Positions 46,680 through 61,204 are shown, counted from the first letter of the stretch. The stretch is 64,000 nucleotides of DNA from Amoebidium appalachense (GCA_963693365.1 CAVNZM010000001.1:13564418-13628417); one strand, 5' to 3'. The notes: generated by a model not told the origin, from the letters alone. Made by a program: numbers and translations.

Positions 46680-47267
46680 TTTGAGGGGGAAGGGGAAGGT
46701 AAGAATGTGTTGCACAGTACAAGTACACGTTCATGACGTACAACACATACCAAATTTAAAAAAGCACAGAAAAAGAATTAAATCATACCCCTGCCAGAAG
46801 CCGCCCGGGGGGAGGGGGGGTGAGTGTGTACAAGTGTGGTCGTGCGAATATGAGTGAGAGAGTGCGAGAGAGGGAGAGAGAGAGGGAGAGAGAGAGGGAG
46901 GGAGAGAGAGAGGGACGGAGGGAGGGAGGGAGGGAGGGAGGGAGGGAGGGAGGGAGGCAGGGAGGGGGGGGGGTTTGAGGGGGAAGGGGAAGGTAAGAAT
47001 GTGTTGCACAGTACAAGTACACGTTCATGACGTACAACACATACCAAATTTAAAAAAGCACAGAAAAAGAATTAAATCATACCCCTGCCAGAAGCCGCCC
47101 GGGGGGAGGGGGGGTGAGTGTGTACAAGTGTGGTCGTGCGAATATGAGTGAGAGAGTGCGAGAGAGGGAGAGAGAGAGGGAGAGAGAGAGGGAGGGAGAG
47201 AGAGAGGGAGGGAGGGAGGGAGGGAGGGAGGGAGGGAGGGAGGGAGGGAGGCAGGGAGGGGAGGGAG
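46680..47267. repeat. Tandem duplication, 294-bp period, two copies
   Basis: TTTGAGGGGGAAGGGGAAGGTAAGAATGTG... at 46680 and 46974, followed by a (GGGA)n expansion. Confidence 0.9.
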
Positions 47268-47606
47268 GGAGGGAAGGGAGGGAGGGAGGGAGGGAGGGAG
47301 GGAGGGAGGGAGGGAGGGAGGGCAGGGAGGGAGGGAGGGAGGGAGGCAGGGAGGCAGGGAGGGAGGGAGGGGAGGGAGGGAGGGAGGGAGGGAGGGAGGA
47401 AGGGAGGGGGGAGGGGGGGAGGGAGGGAGGCAGGGAGGGAGGGAGGGAGGGAGGGAGGGAGGGAGGGAGGGAGGGAGGGAGGGAGGGAGGGAGGGAGGGA
47501 GGGGGAGGGGAGGGGGGAGGGGGGAGGGAGGGAGGGAGGGAGGGAGGGAGGGAGGGAGGGAGGGAGGGAGGGAGGGAGGGAGGGAGGGAGGGAGGGAGAG
47601 AGAGAG

Positions 47607-47659
<53 letters not shown>

Positions 47660-48512
47660 GGGGTTGTGAGAGCCCACCCACAGGAATGTGTTCTTCGGAG
47701 TTGCTTGTTGTTAGAGTGTGACTGTGTGTACAGAGTCCAAATGCTCTCTCACATCATGCCATTGACTCACACGGTGCAGTGTGATAGATGAGACAGAGCA
47801 GGTGCAGCTTGTAGTACTAATGGTAGGGGAAGAGAAGGGGGGTGGGGGGAGGGGGGGGGGGGGGGGGGTGGGGAGGGAGAGATTGGGGAAGGGCTCTGAT
47901 GATTATTTAGGGATTGGCTGGGGATGGAAGGTGAAAAAGCGAGTGGATGTGGGCGTGGTGGTGGTGGTGGTGGTGGTGGTGGTGGTGGTGGTGGGGGGGG
48001 GGGGTTGAATGCGGAACACGGTACGAAGTACGCATACACGACGAGAAGCATGGTGCAGGACACCTGCAAAGGCAAACATTCAAGTATGCAGCATCACCCA
48101 TGTGCACAGTATGCGTCATAAGCAGAGCCCATCCTCAGTGAGGACCCAAGTCATCAATTGCGTGGGGGGGGGGGGAGGGGGGGGGGACAACATCTGGATC
48201 AGACCCGGGGATAGAATGCACATACGATTAACATAAGCTTAAGCAGAGCAACATACACAACATGACCTACGAACGGGGAAAAGGGGGGAGGGGGAAGGCG
48301 CACCAACAAACATGAGATGAACCCCCTTGTGCCTGCCCCGCCTCCCCCTCCCCTACCCTCCCAACCCCCTTCTCTCCCTCCCTCCCCCCTCCCCCCCGCC
48401 CGACCGTACTGTGCCCACTTGAGAACACAACAAGTAACATGAAGTGGCATGCAAACATGGACACACGGGGGAAGGGGAGAAGGGAGGGGCCGCGGGGGGA
48501 GGGGAGGGGGGG

Positions 48513-48719
48513 TTTTTAATGCGCCATAAAGTACGAAGCACACAAGAACAACGGATAACACGGTGCAGTGTGCAAACCATACATAAAGAATATGCACAGT
48601 AAGCAGAGCCCATCCTCAGGAAGGGCCCATGTCATCCACAGTACCCGAGTTTCGACCCATTCACGTCGTTAACGAACCCAACTCAGATACTGTTTCAGTT
48701 AAACATGGGTGGGTCGCCC

Positions 48720-48720
<1 letters not shown>
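48513..48720 (-). repeat. SINE-like repeat, diverged near-full copy
   Basis: Shares AAGCAGAGCCCATCCTCAG, GAGTTTCGACCC and CCAACTCAGA blocks with the reverse complement of 17325-17572. Confidence 0.65.
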
Positions 48721-48753
<33 letters not shown>

Positions 48754-49238
48754 GGTAAGAATGCGTTATAGAGTATGAAGTATACATTCATAACGGAAAA
48801 AAACATTGCAGAGTGCATTGCGTATATGAAGTGTTTGCATATAGGGAGGGACAAGGTTTAAAACTTAAATGGCAAAGGTCACCAGAGGAGGGGGAGAGGG
48901 GGGGGTGGGGAGGGGGGGGGGGGGGGGGATTGCGGTGAGAGAGAGCATAGGGAGAGACCATGGGCTGCTTTGTGATATGTGAACTCTCTTCAGCCCCCCC
49001 CATTTTTCCAAACCCCCTCCCCTCACCCCCCCCCACACACACACATACGCGCGCGTGCAAAATTACTCGCTCTTTACACACACTGGCACCAGCACACACA
49101 TACACACACTTACTCACACACATACACCACACAGACACCCTGCCCCCTTCCTCCCCCCCCCCCCCCCCCCCCCCCCACATACACACACTTACTCACACAC
49201 ATACACCACACAGACACCCTGCCCCTTCCTCCCTCCCC

Positions 49239-49271
<33 letters not shown>

Positions 49272-49321
49272 AAAATCCCCCGTCTCTTTCCGGGTAAGCT
49301 GACACAAACACATCCACACAT

Positions 49322-49389
<68 letters not shown>

Positions 49390-49949
49390 AGAGCGAGAGG
49401 GGGGAGGGGGAGGTGGGGGGAGAAAGAGAGGGAATGGGGGAGGGGGGAGGGGGGAGAAGGGGGGGGGGGAGGGGGGAGGGGGGGGGGGGGGGAGGAAGGA
49501 CAAAGGGCAAGATGCAATTGTAGATTCAACCCGTAAAGTGCATCTCACGGCCCAGGCAATAGATTAAGAAGGGCAGTCATACACATGCCTTAGGAAGGAC
49601 AAGAACTCCTCCAAAACAGGTGAAGGCAAAGGCAGGATACGAGTAGAAGATTGATAAGACGTAAAGAGTTGCTCCAATAGTGTTGGTCTACTCGGGGGGG
49701 GGGGGGGGGGGGGATGGGGAGAAGGGGGGCGGGGGGGAGGGGAGAAAGGGGGGATAATTGGCATAAAGGGCCCAATAGAGGCTGAAGACTACTGAACAGG
49801 AAGAAAGGCAGAAACAAAAACACAAAAGAGGACCAGACCCTGGCAGAAAAGAGAGAACTTGAAAAGGAGCGGGCGAAGGTGAACAGGGGAAGGCCGGAGG
49901 ATGGGATGGGGAGTGAGCGAAGGAGGGGAGAGGGGGAGGGGGGAGGGGA

Positions 49950-49984
<35 letters not shown>

Positions 49985-51380
49985 TCAAGGTGCCCAAGTT
50001 GTGTGTAATTCGTTTGCAGACGCGCTAAGCAGATTACACCTGTTACAGAGTTACATAAGCAAAGGACACTCTGCACCCACAGAACTTTAAGAGTTTATCA
50101 ACCCCCCCCCCCCCCCCCCCCCCCCTCCCCTCCCCGTTCCCTTCCCCCTCTCCAAGCCCCTCCTCCCCTCCTCCCCCCACCCCCCACCCCCCACCCCCAC
50201 CGCCCCTACCCCATACCCTCTCAGTCTTTTCCATGTCTCCCCCTCCCCCCCTTGATGGCTAAAACTTCCATTGTGCCCTTTCCGTCGGCCTAATCTTCTT
50301 TCGGAGCTACCGATGCTAGCATCTGCTTACCCATAATATGTAATAGGGGTGTCAGATAATAAGATGGCGCTCATTGTTGCCTAGCCTGTACATATGTCAC
50401 TGGCTGCATTTTTGGCTGTGCTGGAAAACGCAGTAGGCCGTCGAATGTGGCTGGGCCTCCGGTAATGTCCACGCAATAAAAAGTGTGTAAGCCCCCGCCT
50501 AATCTCCCCTCAACTCCCGAGGCCTCATACCTTTCGTAGCACACACTTAGATCCGCACGTTTTCAGATGCAGACAAACGCACAGCTGTCAGACACAAGTG
50601 CAGAACCAGCTTATGCAGACGAATGAAAAGGTAGGGGGAAAAAAACAAACAAACATTACCTGATAGTGCTCCTAATCGTAGCCCCGGACCAGTGACCCTC
50701 AGAAGAATACAGCGACTGTCGAAGGGGATTTTTTCTAGATTTCTTTTTTTTAAGAAAAAAGTACCGGATAAAACGCTATCATTGCAGTTATCAACCTACT
50801 TAAGGAGCGTCGTAAATGCGGAGAATACAGGTTTATAGAAAAAACTAACGCGTTTTGCCTGCTTGCTTGGCGTAATTATTAAAGAAGGCGGACTCAACCC
50901 GGAGCTCCTGGTAACTTCGTTTCGTTCACCGGGTCCCCAGCGAGTGTCGGAAAACAAGCAGGTACAAGAAATTCGGGTCAACACAGAGGAGGATTGAATT
51001 GTAAAAACCAGTCTCTCGCAGCCAAGAATGCAAAGGAAAGTGTCATTGCAAGGAACTTGGCTTTCTTTCGTCTGTTTGGGGTTTCTCTCTCACAAAGAGG
51101 TGCGTGGGTTATGACATAGTGACACCCGTGGGGTCTACGTAGCTCATGTGATTGGTCCAATTACCCGCGTTTTTCGGGGAGTTTCTATATATGGCTAAAA
51201 TTCTCATTTCTGATTCGCTGGTGTTATGTATGACGTCACACTGGAACCTGCCACCGCGACCCACTTGCACATGATGCATACTGTACAGGGCCAAAAAGGA
51301 CGGCACTTTTGTTTTTCCCGGCCCAGTTCTACGCGCGCAGCCAAAAACGAAAACAAACGTCAAGTTCTCCCCTCAAAAAA

Positions 51381-52294
51381 ATGCGTGTGCAAGGGCAACA
51401 TTACCGCACCGTTTGGTTGCACAGCGCGGACCCAACGACAGTGCAGATTATAGATCAGCGCCTTCTCCCCTTTGAGTTTTCAGTCATAGACCTCAAGAAT
51501 GTTTCTGATTTCGAGCGTGCTATCACAGACATGGAAGTAAGGGGCGCTGGTTGCATTGGAGCCACTGCTGGATACGGCATGTACATTGCCACTTTACAAG
51601 CAGCTCGGGAAAATCCTAGCGATCCCATGTCTTTCTTGGTTCAGGTAGGAAAGAGGTTGAAAAAAACGCGTCCCACTGCGGTTAATTTGGCATGGGCAGT
51701 AGAGAGGCAGTTGGAAGCCCTGAGAATTTGCACGGGTAAAGAAAGTTGGGAAGGTGCTGTGAGGGTGGCAAGGGAGACGGCGCAGGCGATTGCGGATGAG
51801 GATGCGGAGTGGTGCGAGAACATTGGGAAGCATGGGGTGGGAATCATCGAGGAGATACACAGGAAGAAGGGCGGTGGGGTGGTCAACATATTGACGCACT
51901 GCAACGCAGGTATGCTGTGGATGGGTTGTGAGCGATGGTGGGTGACAATTGAATGCGCGCAGGGGGGGGGGGGGGGGGAGGGGGGAGGGGGGGAGTAAGG
52001 GGGGTATCACGAGAGGGTCGGGGGGAGAAGAGTGCCTCCGAAGGAGACTGAGAGAAAAATTAGTGGAGGAAGGGAGGGAGAGAGGAAGGAAAGGAGTTAG
52101 CAGGTGCAGCCAGAGTGAAAAGGAATGAGAACAACTATCAGTGTTGGTTGGGGGGCAAGGAAGAAATACGGACAGGGTCGGAGATACCTTTAGGCAAGGA
52201 GATTCGGGAGGTGGAAAAGATAGCAGTTGTGGGTTAGGACGGCATAGGAAGAGGATTCAGGGGAGAACGGGGGGGGGGGGGGGGGGGGGGGGGG

Positions 52295-52336
<42 letters not shown>

Positions 52337-53680
52337 GGGGGGGGGGGGAAGAGGGGGAGGGGGGAGGGGACAAACTCTGCGACACACCACCATAAATTCC
52401 ACACCACATTAAATCTATAGAGAACCCCCCTCTCCCTAGCCTCCCCCCCCCCCCCCCCTGCGGGAGCCGCCCCTCGGATCTCTGGGGCGGCTCTCTCTCC
52501 CATTTTCGCTCCTCACTGTTCTGGTGGCCTTGTACAGCATCTCCCCTCCCCCCTCCCCCCCCCCCCCCCCCCACACACACACACCTTCCCCCTCCCCCTT
52601 CCTTCCCCTTCCGTCCCCCTCACTTACAGTGCACACACACACACACAAACTAGGCACTTGAAAGACAAGAACATTTGTACTTCTACCCACCACTTATTTC
52701 GCACAGTGGTGTAGCCGTTTCTCGATATATCACAGCCCACTCTTACAAATCAATTGCTGACCCCTCCCCCTCCCCCCCCCCTCCCCCCTCACGCCCATCA
52801 CCCCCCCCCCCCCCCCCCTGTTATCGACACACATGCGTACACATCCCCCCCCCCCCCCCCCTCCCTCCCTCCCTCCCCCCCCCCCCCCCCCCCCAAAAAA
52901 AAAAAAAAAAAAAACCAAAAACAAAAACACACACCCCTTCATCTTCCATCTCCCCCGCTCCCCCCCCCCCTCCCTCCCCTCTCGCCTCCCCCCCCCCCCC
53001 CCTCCTCCCCCCCCCGGCTCTCCCCCGGCCCCTTCCACCCCCCAACGTTACATATGCACACAGGGTGGCTCGCCTTTGTCGATTTCGGGTCCGCGACTGC
53101 ACCAATCTACTTGGCGCACGACAAGGGCATACCCGTACACGTATGGGTGGACGAAACTAGGCCCCGGAGCCAGGGGGCACGACTGACTGCTTGGGAACTG
53201 AACCAACACGGGGTCCCACACACCATAATCCCGGACAACACGGGCGGACACCTAATGCAGCACGGGCTGGTGGATCTCGCGATCGTGGGATCGGATCGCA
53301 CGACCTATACCGGAGACGTGGCGAACAAGATCGGGACCTATCTTAAGGCACTCGCGGCAAAAGATAATGGGGTGCCGTTTTACGTCGCGCTGCCGTCGTC
53401 GACGTTTGATTGGTCGATTCGCGACGGGGTTAAGGAAATTCCGATTGAGGAAAGAGGGGGGGACGAGGTGAAATTTGTGTCTGGGATCGACACAGAGGAC
53501 GGGAAAGTGAAGACGGTTCAGGTGACTTCCGTGGGAAGTTCGGTCGCAAATTATGGTTTTGATGTTACACCGGCGAGGCTGGTGACGGGGTTGATCACGG
53601 AGAGGGGGGTGTGCGATGCGTCGGAGGAGGGGGTGTTTGGTTTGTTTCCTGAGAAGAGGAAAACGGGTGCGGCGCAGTGA
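51381..53680 (+). CDS. MRI1: Methylthioribose-1-phosphate isomerase, bacterial-type MtnA (381 aa, 2 exons)
   Basis: Exons 51381-51909 and 53064-53680 (GT-AG, phase 1). Motifs [30 protein letters not shown]|[30 protein letters not shown]. Confidence 0.95.
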
Positions 53681-53833
53681 ATGAGCGGTGAAATAGTGGT
53701 GTGCATCAGAAGTTTTTCGTTTGTTTCTTTTATTCCTTTTTTTTCTTTTTTTTTTTTCTTTCTTTTTTTTCCTCCCTCCCTGGGAAGGAGGTTGGATTGG
53801 GGGTGGGGGGTGGTGTGTGTGTGTGTGTGTGTG

Positions 53834-53869
<36 letters not shown>

Positions 53870-54094
53870 CCAAACCTACCCCCTTTTTTTTTTTGCTCGA
53901 GGATCCTGACTTTTTTTATTTTTTTTATTATTTTTTTTGTTTTTGTTTTTGTTTTTGGCCCTGGATGCTCGCACGTATTTTAGAGACCATTCGTCAGATA
54001 CATTACTCTATGTGAAACCCCAGTCTTCAATGACACCCTTGCTGTAATACTACGTTTTTATTGGTCAAGATCAACATATCAGTTCAGTTGAATT

Positions 54095-54163
<69 letters not shown>

Positions 54164-54312
54164 GAAACTGTGCACTACGTATAAATGGAAGGTAGTCGCT
54201 ACATATATGATCTTCTTGTACATTTGTACATGCTGCTGTTATATTGAGTAAATTTTTCACTGTTACTTGTCCTAAGCTTCACAGCGTGCTCTCTGACCAA
54301 AACTAATTTATT

Positions 54313-54343
<31 letters not shown>

Positions 54344-54521
54344 ACCCCCCACCCCCAGCCACCCCCAGTGCACAAACGTATACACATACACACACAGTCA
54401 CACACACGCATGCACACACACACACGCACACGTACACACACATGCACACGGACACACGCACATGCACACATGCACACGGACACACGCAAAATGCATGCAC
54501 CCACACACACAAACATGCATG

Positions 54522-54811
54522 TGCATGTGGCGCACCTACTCGTTAAGACACATAGGCACGTATAGGCCTTTGCATCGGATTGGGATGAGTGTGTGTGTGA
54601 GAAAATGTATTTCTGTGTAAATATCACGATGAATTGCAGTCAATTTTTGACACAACGGCACGTTTTGTGTTGAAACGTCGATCAGAAAAGCCATGGATAA
54701 CTTGTCACGTACGTTGTGGTGTAATGTACGTGTGAGGAATTCAAACGAGTGTGTATAACAATGGCGCCGTGCAAACGTTCTGTGTATTAACGCGCAGGTG
54801 CGCCACATGCA
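54522..54811. repeat. Imperfect ~30-bp inverted repeat pair (decayed MITE-like)
   Basis: TGCATGTGGCGCACCTACTCGTTAAGACACA versus TGTGTATTAACGCGCAGGTGCGCCACATGCA. Confidence 0.55.
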
Positions 54812-54855
54812 TGTGTGTGTTGGTGCACGTTTACGTGTTTGTGTGTGTGTGTGTG

Positions 54856-54888
<33 letters not shown>

Positions 54889-55011
54889 CACGGGGGGGGG
54901 GGGGGGGGGGGGGGGGGATTGACTGAGGCAGACCACGTACATTTTTTTATGACTGTACGTTGTGTGCGAGTTCCTGGGTGTGTTGCGCGAGTATCCGTGC
55001 GTGCACGAGTG

Positions 55012-55108
<97 letters not shown>

Positions 55109-55210
55109 CTTATTTTAATGTGTGTATTTCTTTTTCATTCCCTTTTTTGGGTGGGTTGTTGTTTGGAGGCGGGGTAGGTTAAGTTGGGCGGGGTAGGGAT
55201 GGAGAGAGGG

Positions 55211-55268
<58 letters not shown>

Positions 55269-55440
55269 TGTCATGAGGGGGTGACGAATGCTTTTTTTTT
55301 TTTTTTTTTTTGTTGGGGGGGGGGGGGGGGGGAGGGGGGGGGGGATAAAGACACCAGACATGACCAGACATAAACAAAACACCAAACAATAATGGCCCCG
55401 GGACCGAACCTGCTGGGGTGGTGGTGGTGGTGGTGGTGGT

Positions 55441-55500
<60 letters not shown>

Positions 55501-55694
55501 CGCGCGCGAAGGGGGGAGGGGGGGGGCACACACATGCGGCATTAACAATAATACAGAGTGACAGGTAGGGGGATGGCGCAATGGTGCAGGTCACAAATCG
55601 AAAACAAGGGGACAGAGAATGATAGATCACATGCAGGTGCAAGCAGAAAAGCGGGCGAGGGGAGGAGGAGGTGCACTTGTGTGTGTGTGTGTTT

Positions 55695-55732
<38 letters not shown>

Positions 55733-55947
55733 TGGAATAGAATGCGGCACAACAGATAAGATATAAAGTACGCAACAACCTACATCAAGAAGTAGGCGTG
55801 TGTGTGTGCGTGCGTGCAAGATTTGTGTTTGTGTGTGTCTGTGTGCATGTGTGTGTGTGCATGTATTGCACTCACATGTGTGTGTGTGTGTGTTTGTGTG
55901 TGTGTGCGTTTGTGTATGTGTATGTGTATGGACATGGTAATGATGGG

Positions 55948-56013
<66 letters not shown>

Positions 56014-56980
56014 GGGGGGGGGGTGGGGGGTGGGGGGGTGGGGGGAGTGGGAGTGGGGCGGGAAGGGAAAGAGGTTGAGGATGCAGCACACAGAAGGAAA
56101 TATCGTCCACCACGGGCACTGTGGCGTGCGCATGCAGAGAAAATGTTACGAAAGTGTAGAACGTACGTAGAGCCCATCCAGGTGGGAGGGGAGGGAGGGA
56201 GGGGGGGGGGGGGGGGGGGGGGGACTCAGTGAAACAAAAAACTGATATACCAGACGTTTCTGTTACGGCACGCATGAGCACGTGAACCTATCAACGATGA
56301 GGTAATGTGGTCATGACATGACAGTTTACCAAGGCACCCTATGCCACATCTGATTATGTATTAGAGAACTATAGGAAGATTTAGGTAATGCGCGTGATGC
56401 GTGTCTTGACTTAGAAGCAGACGAACGCCTAGACCATGCTATTTACACCGAGAAGCCCTACATCATTACAGAACGTCAGATTTTATAGACTGATGCACCA
56501 GATGTGCCCACCGTCGATTACTCGGTTTTCAGACTTATACACGAAGTCTTAGCAGAAATGACTCTCGACACTATACATCCAAGGGTCAACAACCCCACCC
56601 TCCCAATCCCAAAGACGACAGAAAGAGAAAGAACCTCCCCCCTCCCCCCCCTCCCTCCCCCTCTCTCTCCCCCGCCACCCATGTTATATCCACTTTCCCA
56701 CAACTGCCTCAGTTATCGTGTCCCCGCAACCCCAACCACACAAAAACACAAAAAAACTAATGCCTCGAAATACCATCAAATGCTGCTAAATATCTCGATT
56801 TCTTCATTAAGCGGGAAAAATGTTGCACCAACACCAACACCAGGCAAACCCAGTTTGCACGTGTTTCTGCCAAAAGTGAACCCAACAGCACATGTACAAT
56901 GAAACGCGTCTTACCTCTTCCACTCCCCGTCCCGCCTTAGATTTTTCCTGCTCTGCAATGACGACGAACCACACCCCTCC

Positions 56981-57619
56981 TCATGCCTCATCAAGCGGCT
57001 CCAAAAACTCCATCAGATGGATATCCTTAGCCCTGTCCCTTATCTTCATCACCGATTTGCGTGTAATGCAGTTCTTGTCCTTTGCAAGCAGGAGGGTGAT
57101 ATCCCACGCAAGCGTCACGTACGATGCCGAAACGGCCTGCAAATGGGACACCTGCCCCCTCAGGTTCAAATACTTGGACACTGAAACGAGAAGTGTAACA
57201 GCCCAAGAAAACGTAGGAACGAGGTAATCCTCTGTCCATTCAGGCCAGTGAGGGGACAACGTTGTCAGAAGCGTGACGGATGAAGTGAGGATCAGAACCA
57301 GAACATCAAGAATACGCATCCACCTCTGGGAGGCCCACAGTTTTCTCGTGCACGCCTGGCTGGACCTGTGGCACCAATTAAGATACTTGTCGCGCAACAT
57401 GCGAAGCTCAATTTCGGAAGCGGGAGTTTTTTCCAGCGCGGACTCCGCCTCGTTGGGATCGATCTCTAACGTGGAATCGTTTCCCTTCCCCCCCCCCTCG
57501 GAAATGATGTCCGCTGGGCGTATGGGTGGTGCGGTCGGAGCCGCTGCGCTCGTGTTTGCCTCGGCGGGGTCAGACGCGGCGAGAAGAAAGGTGAGCTCGT
57601 CTGGTATAGGCGCGGACAT
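56981..57619 (-). CDS. Intronless SLATT/DUF4231-like 2TM protein (212 aa)
   Basis: Helix, two TM segments (ILDVLVLILTSSVTLLTTL; YLVPTFSWAVTLLVSV), then YLN....SH....ASY..L...I, as in SLATT-family proteins. Confidence 0.65.
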   Translation of the reverse strand: MSAPIPDELTFLLAASDPAEANTSAAAPTAPPIRPADIISEGGGKGNDSTLEIDPNEAESALEKTPASEIELRMLRDKYLNWCHRSSQACTRKLWASQRWMRILDVLVLILTSSVTLLTTLSPHWPEWTEDYLVPTFSWAVTLLVSVSKYLNLRGQVSHLQAVSASYVTLAWDITLLLAKDKNCITRKSVMKIRDRAKDIHLMEFLEPLDEA

Positions 57620-58436
57620 TTTTCACTCGTTTTTTCTTAATGGAAATTATTCAGTTGGAAACTAAAGGGAGGGGGAGGACGAAACAGTTTTGGTATCGAG
57701 GAAAAGTGTTGTGCACACAGGCCGCGGTTGCTTGGTGGCGAGGGAGTTGATGTGAGGAAAAACAACACTGTGACGGAAGCGAGGGAAGAAAGAGAGAGAA
57801 AAGAAAAGGAGCAGAAAGTGCTTCTCTGCAAATAAAAACAAAACAAAATAATAATAGTAAAAGTAAAAAAAACAGCAACCTGACTTCTGAGCGCGCTAAG
57901 CCTTCACCGTTTTCGCGTGCGTCCGACTTTTACGCGGGCGGGCGAGGTGCGGGATCTATCTGATCTATTTACACCCCTCCCCAGAGAGCAGCAAAGTTGA
58001 TGAAATTTTTAGCCTGTTTTGGTGATAAGGCAATGCCGATGGGCTCACGGATTGGTTTAGCCATAAAGCACAGAGCGCGGCGAAAGCACCAGATAGATTC
58101 CCAAGATGCGCCGATTCGCAAAAGACAGTTTCATGCGAGCATGTGGTGCTTGTTCGGCTTTCTTACACAACACATGTGTCTAGAAAAATGGAGGCTTTTT
58201 TTACGCTCTTTACTCGAGGAACAGAAAGCCAGCCACAAATCCTCATATTTCTGCACGTGCATTTATACAGGTACCAAGGCTTATTCAATAGGAGGCCTTC
58301 ATAGGCACTGCGGCTATATGTACGTACGTCAACACAAACGCACCGCGAGCGCCTGCCTTTAGCTTCTGCCATGCATCACGTCTTTGCTTTCCAGGCGGCT
58401 ATAAGGAAAACATGAGTTTTGCCAGCCGTGCATGCA

Positions 58437-58510
<74 letters not shown>

Positions 58511-59204
58511 TATACATATATAAATGAACACTCCTTAGAACTTGGTTCGGCGACTACTCTGCATGCAGCCAAAACCAAATCCTTGAAGACAGGCAAAAGG
58601 AGGCACACACTAGGTCCTTGAGCCTCACAACAAGGCACATAAAGCACAGGTACTGTTGACGGCAACCAGCTAATATTAGTAATTGCTATTCCACCTGTGC
58701 GAGGCTTGTCACGTACACACCCGTAGTTTTGTCTTTGATCTTCTCCAACCTTCCTACAACATCACCCTCACCCCTCCCCTTCCTCCCTTTATACTGCCCG
58801 TTCCCGTCCACCAGGGAAATAACGTTCAACGGGTGCTCCTACCAGTTTGTGCATATGCATGCACAGAACTCGAAGCTCGTGCTTGGGAATTGAAGTGCCC
58901 ACGTGTCTGATGTGCGTGTGCCTGCGAGTTGTTCGTAACTTTATTTCCCAAGGCCCTACGATCCGACCAGTGTCTGCCCTCTTCTACCCCTTTGTCTTTT
59001 TACAGCTTATAAACAACCCTTTCGGCTAGTTATTTCATAGTCCCCCCTTCCTCCCCCCCCCCCCCCCCCCCCCTCCCCCCCAACCAACCACCACTACCAC
59101 CACCAACACACACACCCTCCCAAAGCCATATGCCCGGCCTACGTGTGTTCTCTCTTCTGCCCTTTTGCTCTTATGCATGTTCTAACCCTTCAATTAGTCA
59201 TCAC

Positions 59205-59235
<31 letters not shown>

Positions 59236-59299
59236 GCCCTCCAACATACACACACCCTGCTTGCCCTTCTCCCTTCCCCTCTAACACACGCTACACCCA

Positions 59300-61155
59300 T
59301 GGGCCCATGTGCACTCTTCAAAGCCCACATCGCTCAACATCGCTGTACCGACACTTCGGGTTAAGTGCAGAACTCTCCAGGGATGTTCAACTACTTTCTT
59401 TGATATCATCCTCCGATACCACCCCAAATACGACTGAAAATCACTATAAAAAAGGGGTGCAAAAAGGAGATGTTACATCACATGATTGCATCATGCATCT
59501 TGAAACGTTGGTATCTAGCTAGGCTCTATGTCTCTTGTTGGGTCATGGGAAGTGCCCCTTGCCCTGGGGCCGGTGCCTCACCACAGCCTCACACATACAT
59601 ACATACATACATGCAGTCGATAATAAGCAGCACATCCGCCTTAAATTACTCGATACACGTAAGCGTTTCCCCTTCGTGGGTGCTACCCTCAATTCCCAAG
59701 CTCCTAGGGTGTGACGTAATATTTGGCACGAAATTTATTTGGCACGAGCCTGCAAAACGGTGAAAATGGGGCAGGATGTCGCCCAGGCACCGACAGGAGC
59801 TTGGGGATACCCCTGGATGTGCTCCGCTAGCGGGCTGGTGCCAAATAAATTCGTGCCACATTTTACGTCACCAGGTTCGTGCCAAATTATTTGGTGCCAA
59901 ATTTATTTGGGGCATAAATGGGTCGGTTCGAACTATTATGGGTCGAATCAGCTCGAATCGTTCCTGACCCGTTTTCTGACCCGTTTTTGTGGCTCATCGT
60001 TGGTGGCGTCTGATTCGAGGAATAAACTCGAAAGGCGGGCTAAGCAAGACCACGTCAACCACGTGCAGGTGGTGGCGTACTTGAACGGGCAGTCACAGCC
60101 TGGACTGGCAGTTGACAGGTGTGACACAGCGCTAGCATCCTTATCATATTGCAGTAGGCTCATATAAAAATAATAAAAACAGACAACACCCTTTAATGCT
60201 CGATCATAACTGACAGTACATATTTTGTGTGAGCATGGGTTACAAACATGCTCGCGTCCGCATTGGACGTGGGCAAGGCCATTGGGCTTTGCTGAGGATT
60301 CTCGTTCATGTTATCCTCGCCTTTTGTCTTTTGGCTGCAGCGGGTTCAACAAACAACCCAGATGGGGTGAACAAAAAAGTCATTAAGGAAAACAAATCTT
60401 GGTCTAAAGATCATGCCAAGCTGGAACAGCCATTCGTTGCACGGTACATTGATTATTGCATAGCGGATCATGAGGACTCTGTCGAAGCTGGCACGTGCCC
60501 TCCCCAGCCCTTCCTCAGGGATTGGGTGTGGCATCAAACCCGTCATGGCGGCCGGATAGATGCATCTACAGCGGAGGGAGTCCATCAGGTGATTCCCCCC
60601 TTCCCCCCCCCCCCCCCCCCCCCCCTCCCCCCCCTCTCTCCCCACCACCCCCTGCCTCTTTTCCACTTTTTCTCTCCCCTCCCCTGTCTCTCTGTTCTGG
60701 GCCTTACAGGTGGTTCCTCCGTTTTAGAAGTTGTTTTTTATGTAATACGTTAGGTGTGTCCTTTTGCATCTTGTGGATACCAATGCCTTCACCGCTCAGG
60801 CCTTCCCTTGCACTTAATCTTATGGACCTTTGTGCCTCTCCCATGATCTGTTTGGCATGGCATGCTGCCTTTTCTGCTTTGGCTTGCCTCTTATATGTTG
60901 CTATCACCCGATAGGGTATGTGTGGCAACGTGTTCCATATGTTTTGTGTGACCATTCTGTGCAGTGTACCCACTTAAAGCCCACTCCTCCGCTTTTCCCC
61001 CTTCCCTCCCTTCCCCTTTAAGCATACAATTAGTCAAGAGGCAGTACAGGATAGTGGGTAGAGAGTTTCTGTGTGTCACGGTGTATGCCTGTGGGTGTGT
61101 GCTTGTCTGTGTGTGTATGTGCCTGTGTGTGTGTAGTGAGTGTGTGTGTGTGTTG

Positions 61156-61204
<49 letters not shown>

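Noticed and set aside
49560-49920. K/E/R-rich coding-like purine tract
   Set aside because: Interrupted by stops and G-runs; no start or domain.
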